From the NCBI RefSeq assembly GCF_009914755.1, contig NC_060931.1: a DNA stretch of 64,000 nt, one strand, 5' to 3'. Source of the DNA: the human T2T-CHM13v2.0 reference genome, Homo sapiens. This document shows positions 1 through 20,667 of this stretch, one piece after another (positions within the stretch are counted from its first letter, which is position 1; the number at the start of each line of letters is the position of its first letter). The notes under the pieces are model-generated. The model had not been told where the DNA came from. It did no database searches and saw only the letters and a list, made by a program, of their open reading frames with translations. A program made the position numbers and the translations under genes.

Positions 1-468
1 GTTTGGAAGAACGGTGGTAGAACTGGTGGAAATTGATGAACACTGAGATATGAGAAGAAAGAGATAGGCAAGTGTCTACGACCACATACAGGGTCTAGCT
101 TGGGTGACTTGGGTGATAGAAGAGCCACCAACCAAGATCATGGAATAGAAGGAAACTGTGGCTTGGGAGGGTTGTTTGCTCATTAGTGTGGAGATAAACT
201 ATGAGCTCAGTGTTTGACCCAATGACTTTGAGGCACCAAAGACTTGGAGAAGGGAAGGAGATGGATAGGGAAGTGGCTATAGATGGGTAAAGGTCCAAGG
301 GAGGAATTGTTTCTATTTATTCATTTATTTATTTACTACCTTTATTTATTTCTTTGGGCAGAGCAAAATATTTTTTTAGTCTTCCTAGCCATCTGTCTTT
401 TGTTCAAAGAGATCTGAGTCAACTCCAGATGGGTCCCAGGAAGTAAGGGAGAGAGACCTGGACATGTT

Positions 469-864
469 TGTTACCCAGACAGTGGGTGGGTTAGGTCACT
501 TGGTGGGTATCAACCCAATGGTCACAACCAAGGAGGATTTAGCAAGGGGATTTTATTGCTTGCAACAAGTAAGTAAAATACCTGGGATATTTCCTGATGC
601 AGTGCCTCCCCAAGCTGGCTGGGTTGGGTTTTATAAGCATAGGGTAATGAGGCATGATCTGATTGGATCCTGAATCCTGCCTTGTGGTGCTCACATCTTA
701 ATTCAGTCCCCCTCCTGTGTCCAAGCACTTAGGTTCCCCCTGTGCTTGTATGCTTGGTTCATCTGAGCACGCTTAGGTTATGCAACCTGAGTCCATGGCA
801 ACTGAAAAACAACTCATAACTTTGTTACATAAAAGTTGAACCAGATTGGTCTGGCATGGCTACA
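469..864 (-). mobile_element. Solo ERV LTR (~396 bp; tentatively LTR47-like)
   Basis: TG...CA termini (tgttacc at 469, gctaca at 864), 4-bp flanking repeat TGTT (465-468, 865-868), minus-strand AATAAA near 552; subfamily from memory only. Confidence 0.7.
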
Positions 865-991
865 TGTTGGCAGCATGATGGAAGGAGCCAGAAGAGAAGA
901 GGTTGAAGATGCAGGAGTGAGGGGCATCACTGGGGGATGGGTGAGATGGGAGGCTTAAAGCAGTAATACTCAGTAGGGTCCCCAGTCCTCA
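848..991 (+). repeat. Donor copy of ~145-bp local duplication (partner 3624-3770)
   Basis: Direct alignment by eye: 3 substitutions and one 3-bp indel between copies. Confidence 0.95.
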
Positions 992-1680
992 TGGTTATCT
1001 AGGGGCAGAATTGACAGGGAAGCCTTGCTGGGGAAATGAATTGTGCCAATTATTCAATTACCTGCAATTATGAAAAGTGGTGTGATAGGTGGTTCTCCGG
1101 GGAGGCTGCATCTCAGAAATGAGATGAATTAGTTGAGCTCTTTGATGAGAATCTGATTGACCTCACCCCTTATTAAGTGAGCTCTGTTCATCCCATAACT
1201 CACCTTCTTTTAGGTTAATTGATTTAAATTGCAATCGATGGGCTCTCAACAGCAAATGTACAATTGCAGAGGTGGGAATTGGGGAGTCATCTTCCCTCTC
1301 TGAAAAGGAAAGTCTCTCTACCTCCTCTTACTGGTCTTGCTTGCTGACCCCAAGCACAACTTGGGTAAATGTTCTTGTCTCCCAAAAGTGAGAAGAGCTA
1401 AAAAACCCAATGCTTCTGTTCTGGTTAAAGAATAGCTCTGTCAGCTGCAGTGTATTACACTGTGGAAGAGTGTATGCTCTTTATACATAATTATGCAGAT
1501 TATAACAATTTGTTAGACTCCGAATTCATTTTAAAAAGAGAAAGACAGTAGCTTCTCTATATCCCACAGCCCTTTGCTCATCTATCTGTTATGAAGCTTA
1601 TCATATTATACTGATTTCTTTTTTCATTTTTATTATCCTCATAGTACTGTAAATTTTTCAAGAGCAAAGACCAAGTACTA

Positions 1681-2008
<328 letters not shown>

Positions 2009-2214
2009 AATATTCAATGAATGAATTATTCGATGAATGAGTGAAATTATATTCCAGGGGGAGGTGAACACCAGTATATACATACTGGTTGTAACTATAT
2101 ATTGAGAAATGTGTATTTTAACAAAATGTCAGAAGTGCGTTTGGAGTTAATTCATAAACAATGAAATATGTTGTGGGGTTTTTCCCAGTGAAGTTGTATT
2201 TATTAAGAATTTTT

Positions 2215-2484
2215 CTCACACTTGTAATCCCAGCACTTTGGGAAGCTGAAACAGGAGGATTGCCTGAGCCCAAGAGTTCAAGACCAGCGCTGGCAGCATA
2301 GTAAGACCCCATCTCTACAAAAAATTTTAAAATTAGCTGGGGGTAGCGGTGTGTGCCTATAGTCCCAGCTACTCAGGAGGTTGAGGTGGGAGGACTGCTG
2401 GAACCTAGGAGGTCAAGGCTGTGGTGAACGTAGTTGTGCAACTATGCGTTAGCCTGGGCAACACTGTCTCAAAAAAAAAAAAAA
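2215..2484 (+). mobile_element. AluJ, 5'-truncated
   Basis: Alu consensus match with J-type diagnostics, poly(A), TSD aagaattttt. Confidence 0.85.
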
Positions 2485-3623
2485 GAATTTTTAAAACTTT
2501 TTATTTTGAACAAAATTTAAGCATACAGCAACGTTGCAAAAACAGCACAGAGTGTTCACACCTAGCATTCAACTTGTTTCCCCAAATGTCAACATCTTAC
2601 CTAGCCATAGTACCATTATGAAAAACCAAGAAATTAACGTGAGTGTAACACTATTAACTAAATTATGCACAGTATTTGAATTCTGCCTGTTTACCCTCCT
2701 CATGTCTTATTCCTGTGGTAAGATCTAGTCCAGGATCCCACACTGCATTTGGTGGTTATGTCTCCTTAGTCTTTTTCAATCTGATGGTTCCTTAATGTTT
2801 TCTTGTCTTTCATGACCTTGACATTTTTGAAGAGTAGTGGTCAGTGATTTTATAGATTGTCCATCTTTTGGGTTTGCCTGATGTTTAAAAGTGATTAGAT
2901 TGAGGTTATCTATTTTTGGGAGGAATACCATGGAAGTGATATTGTAATCTTCTCGGTGTACAGTATCAGGGGCATATAATGCCCGTGTCTCTTATGCCAG
3001 ATGATGTTAACCTTGATTGCTTAGTTCAGATGGTGTCTGTTGGATTTCTTCATCATTAATCTAATATCGGGTTAGATACTTTCAGACTATGCTTATAAAC
3101 TGTTTTTCCTCAAGCATTTACCCACAGATTTTAGCATTGATTGGTGGCTTTTGCTTGCAATAGTGATGACTATAGTATTATGGTCATCGCTTGCCTAATG
3201 ATAACTTTCTATTTCCCTCATTTTTTCTTCATTTCTAAATTAGAATTCTTCTGTAAGAAAGAATTGTTCCTTCTCTTCCTTTTAAAAGTTAACCAATTAA
3301 CTAACTAGTTATTTCATTAGCAAGGACTCATGGATACTCTTATTTTATTGAGTATAATCAATTCTATCATTATTTACTTTGTTCCTCAAATTGTTTCATC
3401 TTTGCTTTCTGGGAGCCTCCTCTCACTGGCTTTTGTGTTCTTTTGACAAGCCCCATCTTTTTGTCAAGCACTTCCTTATATTTTCGCATCATAAAATGTT
3501 CCAAGTTCATTTTGAATTTTTCCTACCCTGGAATAAACCACTTCTCCAAGAAGCCCTGGCTCCTTACATTGGAAAATGGTTATTGAGAAACCAAGACCTG
3601 GTTGCTAAGTTTTGATGGAACCA

Positions 3624-3770
3624 GGTCTGGCATGGCTACATGTTGGCAGCATGAGGGAAGGAGCCAGAAGAGGGGAAGAGGTTGAAGATGCAGGAGTGAG
3701 GGGCATCACTGGGGGATGGGTGAGATGTGAGGCTTAAAGCAGCAATACTCAGTAGGGTCCCCAGTCCTCA
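3624..3770 (+). repeat. Derived copy of ~145-bp local duplication (donor 848-991)
   Basis: ~97% identical to 848-991; carries only the terminal ~17 bp of the LTR. Confidence 0.95.
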
Positions 3771-3798
3771 CAGGCTTTTGCATGCTTTTGCATGCATG

Positions 3799-4095
<297 letters not shown>

Positions 4096-4538
4096 TGACA
4101 GTAGACTAAATTTTAGCCTTTTCCTTATGATTCAGTGTCACTATTTCTTTAACAGTTATTGAAGTGATACCATGATGACCTCAAGAATTACTGAGATGTA
4201 TAAGGCTCTCAACCTTGACAGCAACTGATTCTTCATCCTTTTTTGCTTACTGAAGTGCCATTGCCCCTAGACTGTCTCAGCAGAGATAGGAAATCCATGT
4301 TTGTGTACTAACCCATGTATACACCCACACATCTGCATTTATTTCTACATCTATATATCTATGTATGGCTTTGTGTGTGTGTATGCATTTTAAACTATGG
4401 GTTTCTATCAAGATACATCTGATTTCAACACACCACCAGTGGGTTCATTCCAGTCTTATCCTTTTCTGTATTTGTAACTTCTAACTTAGCTCTAACTATC
4501 TACATCATTAAGAATTTTTAGACAGACTACCTCTATGG

Positions 4539-4872
<334 letters not shown>

Positions 4873-5331
4873 TTATGACTATATTTATGTTATTTTATAA
4901 TGGAGATATTAGATTGTTTTATGAAATGATATATTGGTATATTGTTAATTCACTATTCCAAGAATATTTCTGCTGATTTTGATGTATAAGTTCTAGGTAA
5001 ATCTTCACAGACTACTTCAGAAATAGGGAAATTAATAACCTTAGCTAAGGTGGCCCCTGATCTTTCAATGGAAACAAGAGGTATCAAACACTATGACTCA
5101 AACTTTTTTTTTTCTTTTTTTTTTTTATTATACTCTAAGTTTTAGGGTACATGTGCACATTGTGCAGGTTAGTTACATATGTATACATGTGCCATGCTGG
5201 TGCGCTGCACCCACTAATGTGTCATCTAGCATTAGGTATATCTCCCAATGCTATCCCTCCCCCCTCCCCCCACCCCACCACAGTCCCCAGAGTGTGATAT
5301 TCCCCTTCCTGTGTCCATGTGATCTCATTGT

Positions 5332-9183
<3,852 letters not shown>

Positions 9184-9222
9184 TCATTAGTTGATGCAGT
9201 TTCTTCCTAGTCTCGATGGTCT

Positions 9223-10239
9223 TTACATTTTGGCATGATTTTGCAGCGGCTGGTACCGGTTGTTCCTTTCCATGTTTAGCGCTTCCTTCAGGAGCTCTTT
9301 TAGGGCAGGCCTGGTGGTGACAAAATCTCTCAGCATTTGCTTGTCTATAAAGTATTTTATTTCTCCTTCACTTATGAAGCTTAGTTTGGCTGGATATGAA
9401 ATTCTGGGTTGAAAATTCTTTTCTTTAAGAATGTTGAATATTGGCCCCCACTCTCTTCTGGCTTGTAGGGTTTCTGCCGAGAGATCCGCTGTTAGTCTGA
9501 TGGGCTTCCCTTTGAGGGTAACCCGACCTTTCTCTCTGGCTGCCCTTAACATTTTTTCCTTCATTTCAACTTTGGTGAATCTGACAATTATGTGTCTTGG
9601 AGTTGCTCTTCTCGAGGAGTATCTTTGTGGCATTCTCTGTATTTCCTGAATCTGAACGTTGGCCTGCCTTGCTAGATTGGGGAAGTTCTCCTGGATAATA
9701 TCCTGCAGAGTGTTTTCCAACTTGGTTCCATTCTCCACATCACTTTCAGGTACACCAATCAGACGTAGATTTGGTCTTTTCACATAGTCCCATATTTCTT
9801 GGAGGCTTTGCTCATTTCTTTTTATTCTTTTTTCTCTAAACTTCCCTTCTCGCTTCATTTCATTCATTTCATCTTCCATTGCTGATACCCTTTCTTCCAG
9901 TTGATCGCATCGGCTCCTGAGGCTTCTGCATTCTTCACGTAGTTCTCGAGCCTTGGTTTTCAGCTCCATCAGCTCCTTTAAGCACTTCTCTGTATTGGTT
10001 ATTCTAGTTATACATTCTTCTAAATTTTTTTCAAAGTTTTCAACTTCTTTGCCTTTGGTTTGAATGTCCTCCCGTAGCTCAGAGTAATTTGATCGTCTGA
10101 AGCCTTCTTCTCTCAGCTCGTCAAAATCATTCTCCATCCAGCTTTGTTCTGTTGCTGGTGAGGAACTGCGTTCCTTTGGAGGAGGAGAGGCGCTCTGCGT
10201 TTTAGAGTTTCCAGTTTTTCTGTTCTGTTTTTTCCCCAT
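9223..10239 (-). CDS. ORF1: L1 ORF1p RNA-binding/chaperone protein, intact 338 aa
   Basis: MGKKQNRKTGNSKTQSASPPPKERSSSP...QNHAKM with REKG, ARR and YPAKLS motifs. Confidence 0.97.
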   Translation of the reverse strand: MGKKQNRKTGNSKTQSASPPPKERSSSPATEQSWMENDFDELREEGFRRSNYSELREDIQTKGKEVENFEKNLEECITRITNTEKCLKELMELKTKARELREECRSLRSRCDQLEERVSAMEDEMNEMKREGKFREKRIKRNEQSLQEIWDYVKRPNLRLIGVPESDVENGTKLENTLQDIIQENFPNLARQANVQIQEIQRMPQRYSSRRATPRHIIVRFTKVEMKEKMLRAAREKGRVTLKGKPIRLTADLSAETLQARREWGPIFNILKEKNFQPRISYPAKLSFISEGEIKYFIDKQMLRDFVTTRPALKELLKEALNMERNNRYQPLQNHAKM

Positions 10240-11145
10240 CTTTGTGGTTTTATCTACTTTTGGTCTTTGATGATGGTGATGTACAGATGGGTTTTCGGTG
10301 TAGATGTCCTTTCTGGTTGTTAGTTTTCCTTCTAACAGACAGGACCCTCAGCTGCAGGTCTGTTGGAATACCCTGCCGTGTGAGGTGTCAGTGTGCCCCT
10401 GCTGGGGGGTGCCTCCCAGTTAGGCTGCTCGGGGGTCAGGAGTCAGGGACCCACTTGAGGAGGCAGTCTGCCTGTTCTCAGATCTCCAGCTGGGTGCTGG
10501 GAGAACCACTGCTCTCTTCAAAGCTGTCAGACAGGGACATTTAGGTCTGCAGAGGTTACTGCTGCCTTTTTGTCTGTCTGTGCCCTGCCCCCAGAGGTGG
10601 AGCCTACAGAGGCAGGCAGGCCTCCTTGAGCTGTGGTGGGCTCCACCCAGTTCGAGCTTCCCGGCTGCTTTGTTTACCTAAGCAAGCCTGGGCAATGGCG
10701 GGCGCCCCTCCCCCAGCCTCGCTGCCGCCTTGCAGTTTGATCTCAGACTGCTGTGCTAGCAATCAGCGAGACTCCGTGGGCGTAGGACCCTCTGAGCCAG
10801 GTGTGGGATATAGTCTCGTGGTGCGCCGTTTCTTAAGCCGGTCTGAAAAGCGCAATATTCGGGTGGGAGTGACCCGATTTTCCAGGTGCGTCCGTCACCC
10901 CTTTCTTTGACTCGGAAAGGGAACTCCCTGACCCCTTGCGCTTCCCAGGTGAGGCAATGCCTCGCCCTGCTTCGGCTCGCGCACGGTGCGCACACACACT
11001 GGCCTGCGCCCACTGTCTGGCGCTCCCTAGTGAGATGAACCCGGTACCTCAGATGGAAATGCAGAAATCACCCGTCTTCTGCGTCGCTCACCCTGGGAGC
11101 TGTAGACCGGAGCTGTTCCTATTCGGCCATCTTGGCTCCTCCCCC
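10240..11145 (-). promoter_or_regulatory. L1 5'UTR: internal sense promoter, antisense promoter, CpG-rich, intact YY1 site (11125-11133)
   Basis: Canonical ~900-bp L1HS 5'UTR; AAGATGGCC near the 5' end. Confidence 0.92.
10695..10910 (+). CDS. ORF0: L1 ORF0, intact 71 aa (antisense ORF)
   Basis: MAGAPPPASLPPCSLISDCC...RCVRHPFL; donor-like sites CAG|GTGTGG (10800/10801) and CAG|GTGCGT (10885/10886). Confidence 0.9.
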   Translation: MAGAPPPASLPPCSLISDCCASNQRDSVGVGPSEPGVGYSLVVRRFLSRSEKRNIRVGVTRFSRCVRHPFL

Positions 11146-11441
11146 AACTCAAACTTTTTTATAAACTCAGTGTCCCTCTCCCTGGAAACTGAAACTCAGA
11201 GGGAAGATGTGGGAGAAGAAGCTGTTCGAAAGTTACCATCTGTCCTTCAAATGGGAATAATGGTTAAGGAGGTCAATTGTTCTGGACTATTGAGTATCCG
11301 CAAAGGCAGATGTGAGTGTACTCCAGTTAGTTTCCAATACTTCCAAAAACTGAAATACAAACTATGTATTTAACTATGACAGGGACACTTGGGCTCATGA
11401 AAATGTCCAGTGTCATAATTGATTTTGGCTGGTGTATCGTT

Positions 11442-11606
11442 GTTTTTAGAGACAAGGTCTCACTATGCTGCTGAGGCTGGTGTGCAGTGGCTATTCATAG
11501 GAGAGATCATAGTGCACTATAGCCTCAAACTTCTGAGCTCAAGTGATCCCCTAGCCTCAGCCTCCCAGGCAGCTGGGACTGCAGTTGTGTGTCACTTTGT
11601 CTGGCT
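11442..11606 (-). mobile_element. Fossil Alu monomer (FAM-like)
   Basis: Monomer retaining 7SL-like ggctattca...gatc segment. Confidence 0.75.
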
Positions 11607-11704
11607 GCTTGATTGGCATATCATGATGCAGTTAATAAATACCAGATCTATATTCGTTTTCCAACCTCTAACTGGTTTCTACTGCCTATTAAACACAAAA
11701 TTAT

Positions 11705-11940
11705 GATAATAGGTAAAGTTATTAAGAACTTACTGTGGGCCAGGCATGACATGACATGCTTTATATGGATTGTCTCATTAATCCTGATAGCAATACTTGA
11801 CGTATGTGCTTTTATTTTCCCCATTTTACAGAGGAAGAAATGAGGCCCAGCTCACACAGACAGTGAGTGAGTGAGCCAGGCCTGAACTGCAGCAGGCTGG
11901 CTCCAGAGCCCATGCTCTTAATCACTGCATTACTGCACCT
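11705..11940 (-). mobile_element. MIR
   Basis: MIR core ccccattttacagaggaagaaatgaggc. Confidence 0.75.
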
Positions 11941-12081
11941 CCCATCTCTGCTTAGATGTCCCTCAACACTACAAACTCATGCATAAAACTAAGCCTACAA
12001 TCTTCCCTCCAGATATACTGGAGGGTTTTTTTGGTATTATACTGTCTAGTCACTCAAGACAGAATTTTAAATCCACACACA

Positions 12082-12995
<914 letters not shown>

Positions 12996-13127
12996 CTCCT
13001 TTTCTCTAATTCTCCATATCCCATCAGCAACCAGTGCTGTGAATTTTATCCTTTCCTATCTATGTCTTTTTGTTAGGGTGACACACTTGTCCTTCCACAC
13101 ATGCTAACAAATAAGGCTTGGCAGGAT

Positions 13128-13485
13128 CAACGCCAGGACTAGGGTGCAATGAGCCAGGCACTCATCTTGGGTGCAGAGTTTTTACAGGGGTGCCAAAAAA
13201 ACCCAGTCAAAAAGATAAGGAATATTTTCATGCAATATTTTAAAATATCAAAATCAGAACAAAAAATTATCATGAACTAGTGCCAAAATTTTAAATATAG
13301 CAGTGCTTTGCTGAGCTATATTGGACCCTGAAGCAAAAAGAAAACTTCGTAATACTGATCCTGTCTTTTATTTAAAATTTTGTATTAAAATAATTATGTA
13401 TCTTGCCGTCTAAGCCTTTTGGCACCCCCTTAAATTTTGCACCGGAGGTAAGTATCTCACTTGCCTAACCGTACTATTGGCCCTG
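13128..13485. mobile_element. hAT MITE (MER96B-like)
   Basis: Degenerate inverted ends incl. ggggtgccaaaa / ttttggcacccc, AT-rich core. Confidence 0.7.
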
Positions 13486-14283
13486 CCTGGGGTACTCCTG
13501 GGTTGTTTAGGATAATTATCTCAGACTAGTTCTTATGTTGGCAAAATGCTGAGGACAGTAGCTGCCTTTTGTATATTATACCGTCCTCACCATTATTCAC
13601 TCACCCTTTCACTGAATGCTTTAGTCATACGAAACCATCAGAGGTCCCTAAATATTCTTTGCTTCTTTGTGCGCATATTTTGTGTTTATACAAATATGCT
13701 GCCTGAACTGCCCTTCCTTCACTTGATAGAGGCCTTATCCTTTTTCTGACCCAGCTTAGCCAGCCGCTCCTCTGAGTCTTCTTCCACACCCCCAGTTAGA
13801 ATTTACTATTTACTTCCTATGTGTTTTATATTTGTTCTTATATTGTGGCACGGAACATATCCCATTGCTGTTACTTATTTACTGGTGTGTTCAAAAGACC
13901 AAAATGCTTGTTTTAAATTGGTTCTAGAACACCATTAGGAAGATAACTATGTTTATGTCCTCTTTTACGAGTCATTTTTAGTTAAATAATACAGGCAGGG
14001 TGACTCCATACAGTGGAGGACTTGGGATAGACACAATGTTATTGCCCAATGGACTGTGAGTTCCCTGAGAGCAGGAATTATGTCCCCTCCATCCTCAGTA
14101 CCTAGTAGGCATGTGGTAGGCTTTTAATTTGAATGGAATTTGGACTCCAAGTACTAGCACTGTTATATCACCTTAATCCCACTGGTGAGTGGTGGTAGAT
14201 GCCAGTCAGTGGAACAAAAGAAACAAAACATTACTATTAAAAGCTGTTTGAAAGACAAATTATTTTTTAAATAATGAAGAACT

Positions 14284-14598
14284 GGCTGGGTGTAGTGGCT
14301 CATGCCTATAATCCCGGCACTTTGGGAGGCCAAGGCAGAAGGATAACTTGAGCCCAGAGTTCAAGACCAGCTTGGGCAACACGGCAAGACCTCATCTCTA
14401 CATAAAATAAAAAAATTAGTGGGGTGTGTTGGTGTACACCTGTAAACCCAGTTACTTGGGAGGCTGAGGCAGGAGGATCACTTGAGCCCAGGGAGTTCAA
14501 GCCTGCAGTAAGCTATGATCACAGCACTGCATGCCAGCTTGGGTGATGGAGTGAGACTCTGACTCAAAAAACAAAACAAAACAAAACAAAAAAAAAAA
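14284..14598 (+). mobile_element. AluJ
   Basis: Alu dimer, (CAAAA)n tail. Confidence 0.88.
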
Positions 14599-15129
14599 CA
14601 CCTATATGGAAAGATAATCCAATATTAACTTAGTGGGAGGCTGGCTAAGGAGAAGGTTTGTGAATTTATGCTTGCTCTTCCTGGACAGAGGCTGAGTTAA
14701 TCTAAAGTGAGAGGCTTTGGAGACAGAAGCACTGCATTGATTTAGGGGAATTCTTAGGGTCAGAAACGTAGTCCTCAGAGGAAGAAAAAAAGTGAGTAGC
14801 TGGCTAACCTTCCTGGGAAGCTACTAGAAAGAGAGGAAGAGAGAAAGTGTGTGTGTTAGTTGATCTGATCAAATCTCTTTCTAAACATACTAATACAGAC
14901 CTCCTTGAAAGGAAACTAGCGGTATTTACTAGTGAGAGTTTTTATCTATCAAAAAAAAAAAAAAACAAAAAAAACAAAAAGCAACAACTTTTAGCAGAAT
15001 GTACCTGGTCAGTCTAGGATGGCTTATGATAAATTCACCTAGAATCTATGGGTTTATAAGGCACAGCTCATTGGAAAATGCCAAATAAACTATGTAACTA
15101 TTAATATATCAGTATAAAAATGAGATGTC

Positions 15130-15690
<561 letters not shown>

Positions 15691-16135
15691 AAGATGGCCA
15701 TGGGAAAAAAAAAAAAAGACGTTTCATGACCCAGGCTGTTCCTTTGCTTTAGTGATGATGATATGCATTGCTTAGAGGCCTCATGTGTAATACCTGGGCC
15801 AGAGCACATCCTAATTTGGCAAGAAAGGACCAGGGAGCAGCTTTGATAGACCAAGGTGTCCAGGATCCACCTGTACCCCACAATTACCTGTATCCTTGAA
15901 ATTATCAGTAATGCTTGTTACTGGGTACGGTCTCTGATTGCTGAGAGTCTGATTTGGCTCAAAGGTGTTACCTCATGTTGAATATTGGACTATTCAAGGT
16001 AGTTTATATTCTATTTCCCTTAGTCTTTAGAAACATTGCTTCAAGTGAGATAATATTTGTGAGTCCTTAGTGCTTGATAGTGCTTGGCAGTCAGCACTCA
16101 ATAGCTAATGGGTTTTCCTTTTTCTTGTTCTTCAG

Positions 16136-16362
16136 AAGAGGGTAAACTTGTCTTAGTCATGCCAAATAGGAAAAAGGAGAATGCCATGTGGTGAGGCAGT
16201 TGGGATAGAATGGAAAGATTCCACAAAGCATAAAAGCTCAAGATAAAAGAGCTGTTGAAGACTTACACAGCCTATCCTTCCTTTTTGGGGATTTTCCCAT
16301 CAGGAGCTCTCCTCTGCTTATTCCTTGAAAATTTCCAAAAAGAAGCCCACAGGACACTCACG
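16136..16362 (+). other. Candidate spliced exon (non-coding)
   Basis: Branch-like gctaat, pyrimidine tract, CAG acceptor (16133-16135); ACG|GTAAGG donor. Confidence 0.35.
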
Positions 16363-16654
16363 GTAAGGCTCTGAAGGTCATGAGCTCACCCAGGGAAGGC
16401 ATCATAAGGTGCCATTCCTCGGTGAAATATGGCTTTAAGGTGAGCAGGCTCAGATACCTGATTTATTAGTGCTCCAAAAGGGAATCCGTCTTTAGGGACA
16501 GACTCACATTAACCAAACTCACAGATGCTGAAGTATACAAACTCAAGCATACATGTATTTACTTACATGAGAAATCGAGCTGTTAGGGAGGCAGGAGGCT
16601 GTTAGGGAGGCAGGACATCCCTGTCCTCTGGCTGAATCACATCACTTGGTAAGC

Positions 16655-17790
<1,136 letters not shown>

Positions 17791-19459
17791 AAAAAAGGAT
17801 ATTAATGCTGCATGATTTGCACGGTTTAGGTATCTGGGCAATCACCTGCTGACTCCTCTGTCCCGGCCTCCAAGTCTAGAGAGATGGATGGGCCAGGATG
17901 CTCTTCCTCTGGGCACAGTAGGGGTGGGTGGGCACTGCCAATACTCCCTTTGCGACCCTCTTTTCCTTTCCATTCATTTAGTTCATTCAACCACTATTTA
18001 TTAAACACCTACTGCATGGCTAATGGTGTTTTAGGTCTTGGGAATGTAGCAGTGGGGAAACATCACCATCAAATAGCCACAGTTTTTTCAGAGAGTTAGT
18101 GCTCTGTGGAAGACAGCCATTCCCCATCCCTCCTTCTCCTGGGCCCTGCTTCCTTCAACATACACTCCCCCATCTGCCATAAAGCTTTCTTTGGATTCTC
18201 TCTCTCTCTGAGTGCACCACCCACCCGCAGGCTCCACGCTGGGCAGCCTCCACAGTCTTATGCAATCAGTTTCCCCAGGCACCCTCCATGGCTCCCCTAG
18301 TCATGGACATTTGACTCTCCTGAGTTGTTTTCAGTCTGGTCTGGTAAATCAAAGGTCAGTCACCTTGCACATGAGGTGGGGCTGGAACAATGTATGGAAC
18401 AGAGCTGAGAGATCACAGGAAGCAGCAGAAATCTGGATGAGTTCAGTGCAACCCAGGAAATCCTTCTAAAATATTATTACCTCTGTGTCCAAAAAGCCAG
18501 CCTCACTCTCATTGTCTCCTGCATCTGAGTCACCAACATTGTAGAGGGGATTGTTTCTTCCTAATGATTGGTACTGACCAGACCTAGTTTGTAGAACGGT
18601 CCTCTCACAGACACCCGGCCCATCCCTCTCCCCAATCACATTTTAAAAAGTCACGTTTATGTTTGCACAACATTTTGCAAGTTAAAACATGTGTTCACTT
18701 ATTTTACAAGACCTCATTTCATCTTTAAACAACACTGAGGAAGCAAACGGTGAGGAGACTGATATGTCATCTGAACACATAAGTGGCTTGTCCGAGGTCA
18801 CAAAGTCTATACATTCAGTGGTATTTTTACTGAAGTATATTACCCTTTTGTCCAAAGCTTTTTAAAGTGCATGTTCTCAGTAACTTTCATAACTCCATGA
18901 ATATGCACATATCTGCTCTATCTGAATATGGAAAATGCCCATAATCTCAATGTACGCAGCCCACATTTGCTCTTCTCTAAGATGTATTCCTGGAAACTAT
19001 CTGATAAAGTGGATCCAAGTTTCCCATAGAAAAATGCAATCTCCGAGAATTATGTTGCTAACTGGGGACCGAGTATCAATTGAATCATAGATTAGAATCA
19101 GAGCATGTTGGAAAAGCAGTGCTGTACCAACTAGAAACTTCTCAAGTCATTTGATTTACCACTTAAAATAGTAGATAATGGAGTTTTAGAGCTGGAAGGA
19201 AACTTTGAGGTCATCTAATGCAACTCATTTATTTTGCAGTTAAGCCCTGCAAGAGCCAGAGAGGTGAGGCAAATCCTGCAAAGTCATACATGTCTCCAAG
19301 GCAGTGAAGGAACTGAGACCCGAGGAAGCCTCTGGTTCCTGCCTGGTGCTCTTTCCACCACTCCACTCCCCTGCCTTACAAAAGTCCTAATTTGACACAT
19401 CCCAATTATTTGAAGGACCTCAATGTTGCTGTTATTTTGTTTCCATTCCTGATTCTTTT

Positions 19460-20235
19460 TTCAGAACTCGAGATACAAATTACATTCAGAGATTTTAAGC
19501 AAACTGGTTGATGAGTCTTCACAAATGTATACACCTATGTAACTACCACCTTAATTGAGATACAGAACATTTCCATCACCCCAGAGAGTTCCCCCATGAC
19601 TCCCCAGCAATCATTCCCCATTCCCCCACCTGACCAGAGGCAACAACTATCCTGCTTTCTACCATGAAAGGTTTCTGCCCCCATGTAGAACTTCATATAA
19701 ATGGAATCATACAGTATATAGCCCATTCAGTCTGGGTTTCTTTCACTCCACATGATTTTAAGATTCATCCATGTTTTTGCACTTATCAGTAGTGCATTCT
19801 TTTTAAAAACAATTATCCTTTTTCATTGCTGAGTAGTATTCCGTTGTATAGACATCACACTTACTTGTTGATAAACACTTGGATTGTTTCCAGTATCAGT
19901 TATTACGAATAAAGTTGGTCGGAACATCTTTGTATAAATCTTTTTATGGACCTCTATTTCATTTCTCATACGTAAATGTCTATAAAATTTCTGGGTATTA
20001 GGGTAGGTGCATATTTAATTTTATTAAGAACTGCCAAACAGTTTTTCAAAGTAGCTGTGCTCTTTCACAATCCACCAACAATTTATGAGAGTCCACTTTC
20101 TCCACATCCTCACTAACATTTGTTTTCCCAGTCTTTTTAATTGTGACCCTTCTAGTGGGTGTGGAGTGTTATTTCATTATGACTTTAATTTCTGTTTCCC
20201 TGATGATTAAGACAGTTGTGCATCTTTTGATGACC
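19460..20235 (-). mobile_element. Old L1M 3' fragment
   Basis: catttccatcaccccag, atataaatggaatcatacagta motifs. Confidence 0.75.
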
Positions 20236-20667
20236 AATGCTTTATTAAAAGCACATAGGATAATTTATTAATTTAACCAAATGAATAGCAAGCTAAAGAG
20301 TGATGGTTTTACTAGTCTTCTCAGATTAAAGTGCTTCTGCAGGGAAGTTGGGATATTCTAGTTTTCTTTTCATAGCTCTCCAGGCCAAGCTCAGCTGATA
20401 TTTTCTTTTCTATCAACAAATTACTTGTGGCAAGCAGAGATATTTAGAAGTATGCATTAGTGATTCTTTCTAAAGTAGTTGCTGTGCAATTAAATATTTG
20501 ATGATTTCAGTAAGGACATTAGTTATAAAAATTTAAAAGAGGCAGCAATAAAGTGTGGGGAAGGTATAGGCTTTGAAGCCACATACAATTAGACTTGAAT
20601 CCTGGCTTACCAGAAATTTACAAGTTTTCACTTTCTTGCCTATAAAATGGAGACAAGGATACCTCTT

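Noticed and set aside
16578-16614. 19-bp tandem duplication (also ~61789-61826)
   Set aside because: Ordinary two-copy slippage duplications; not an array
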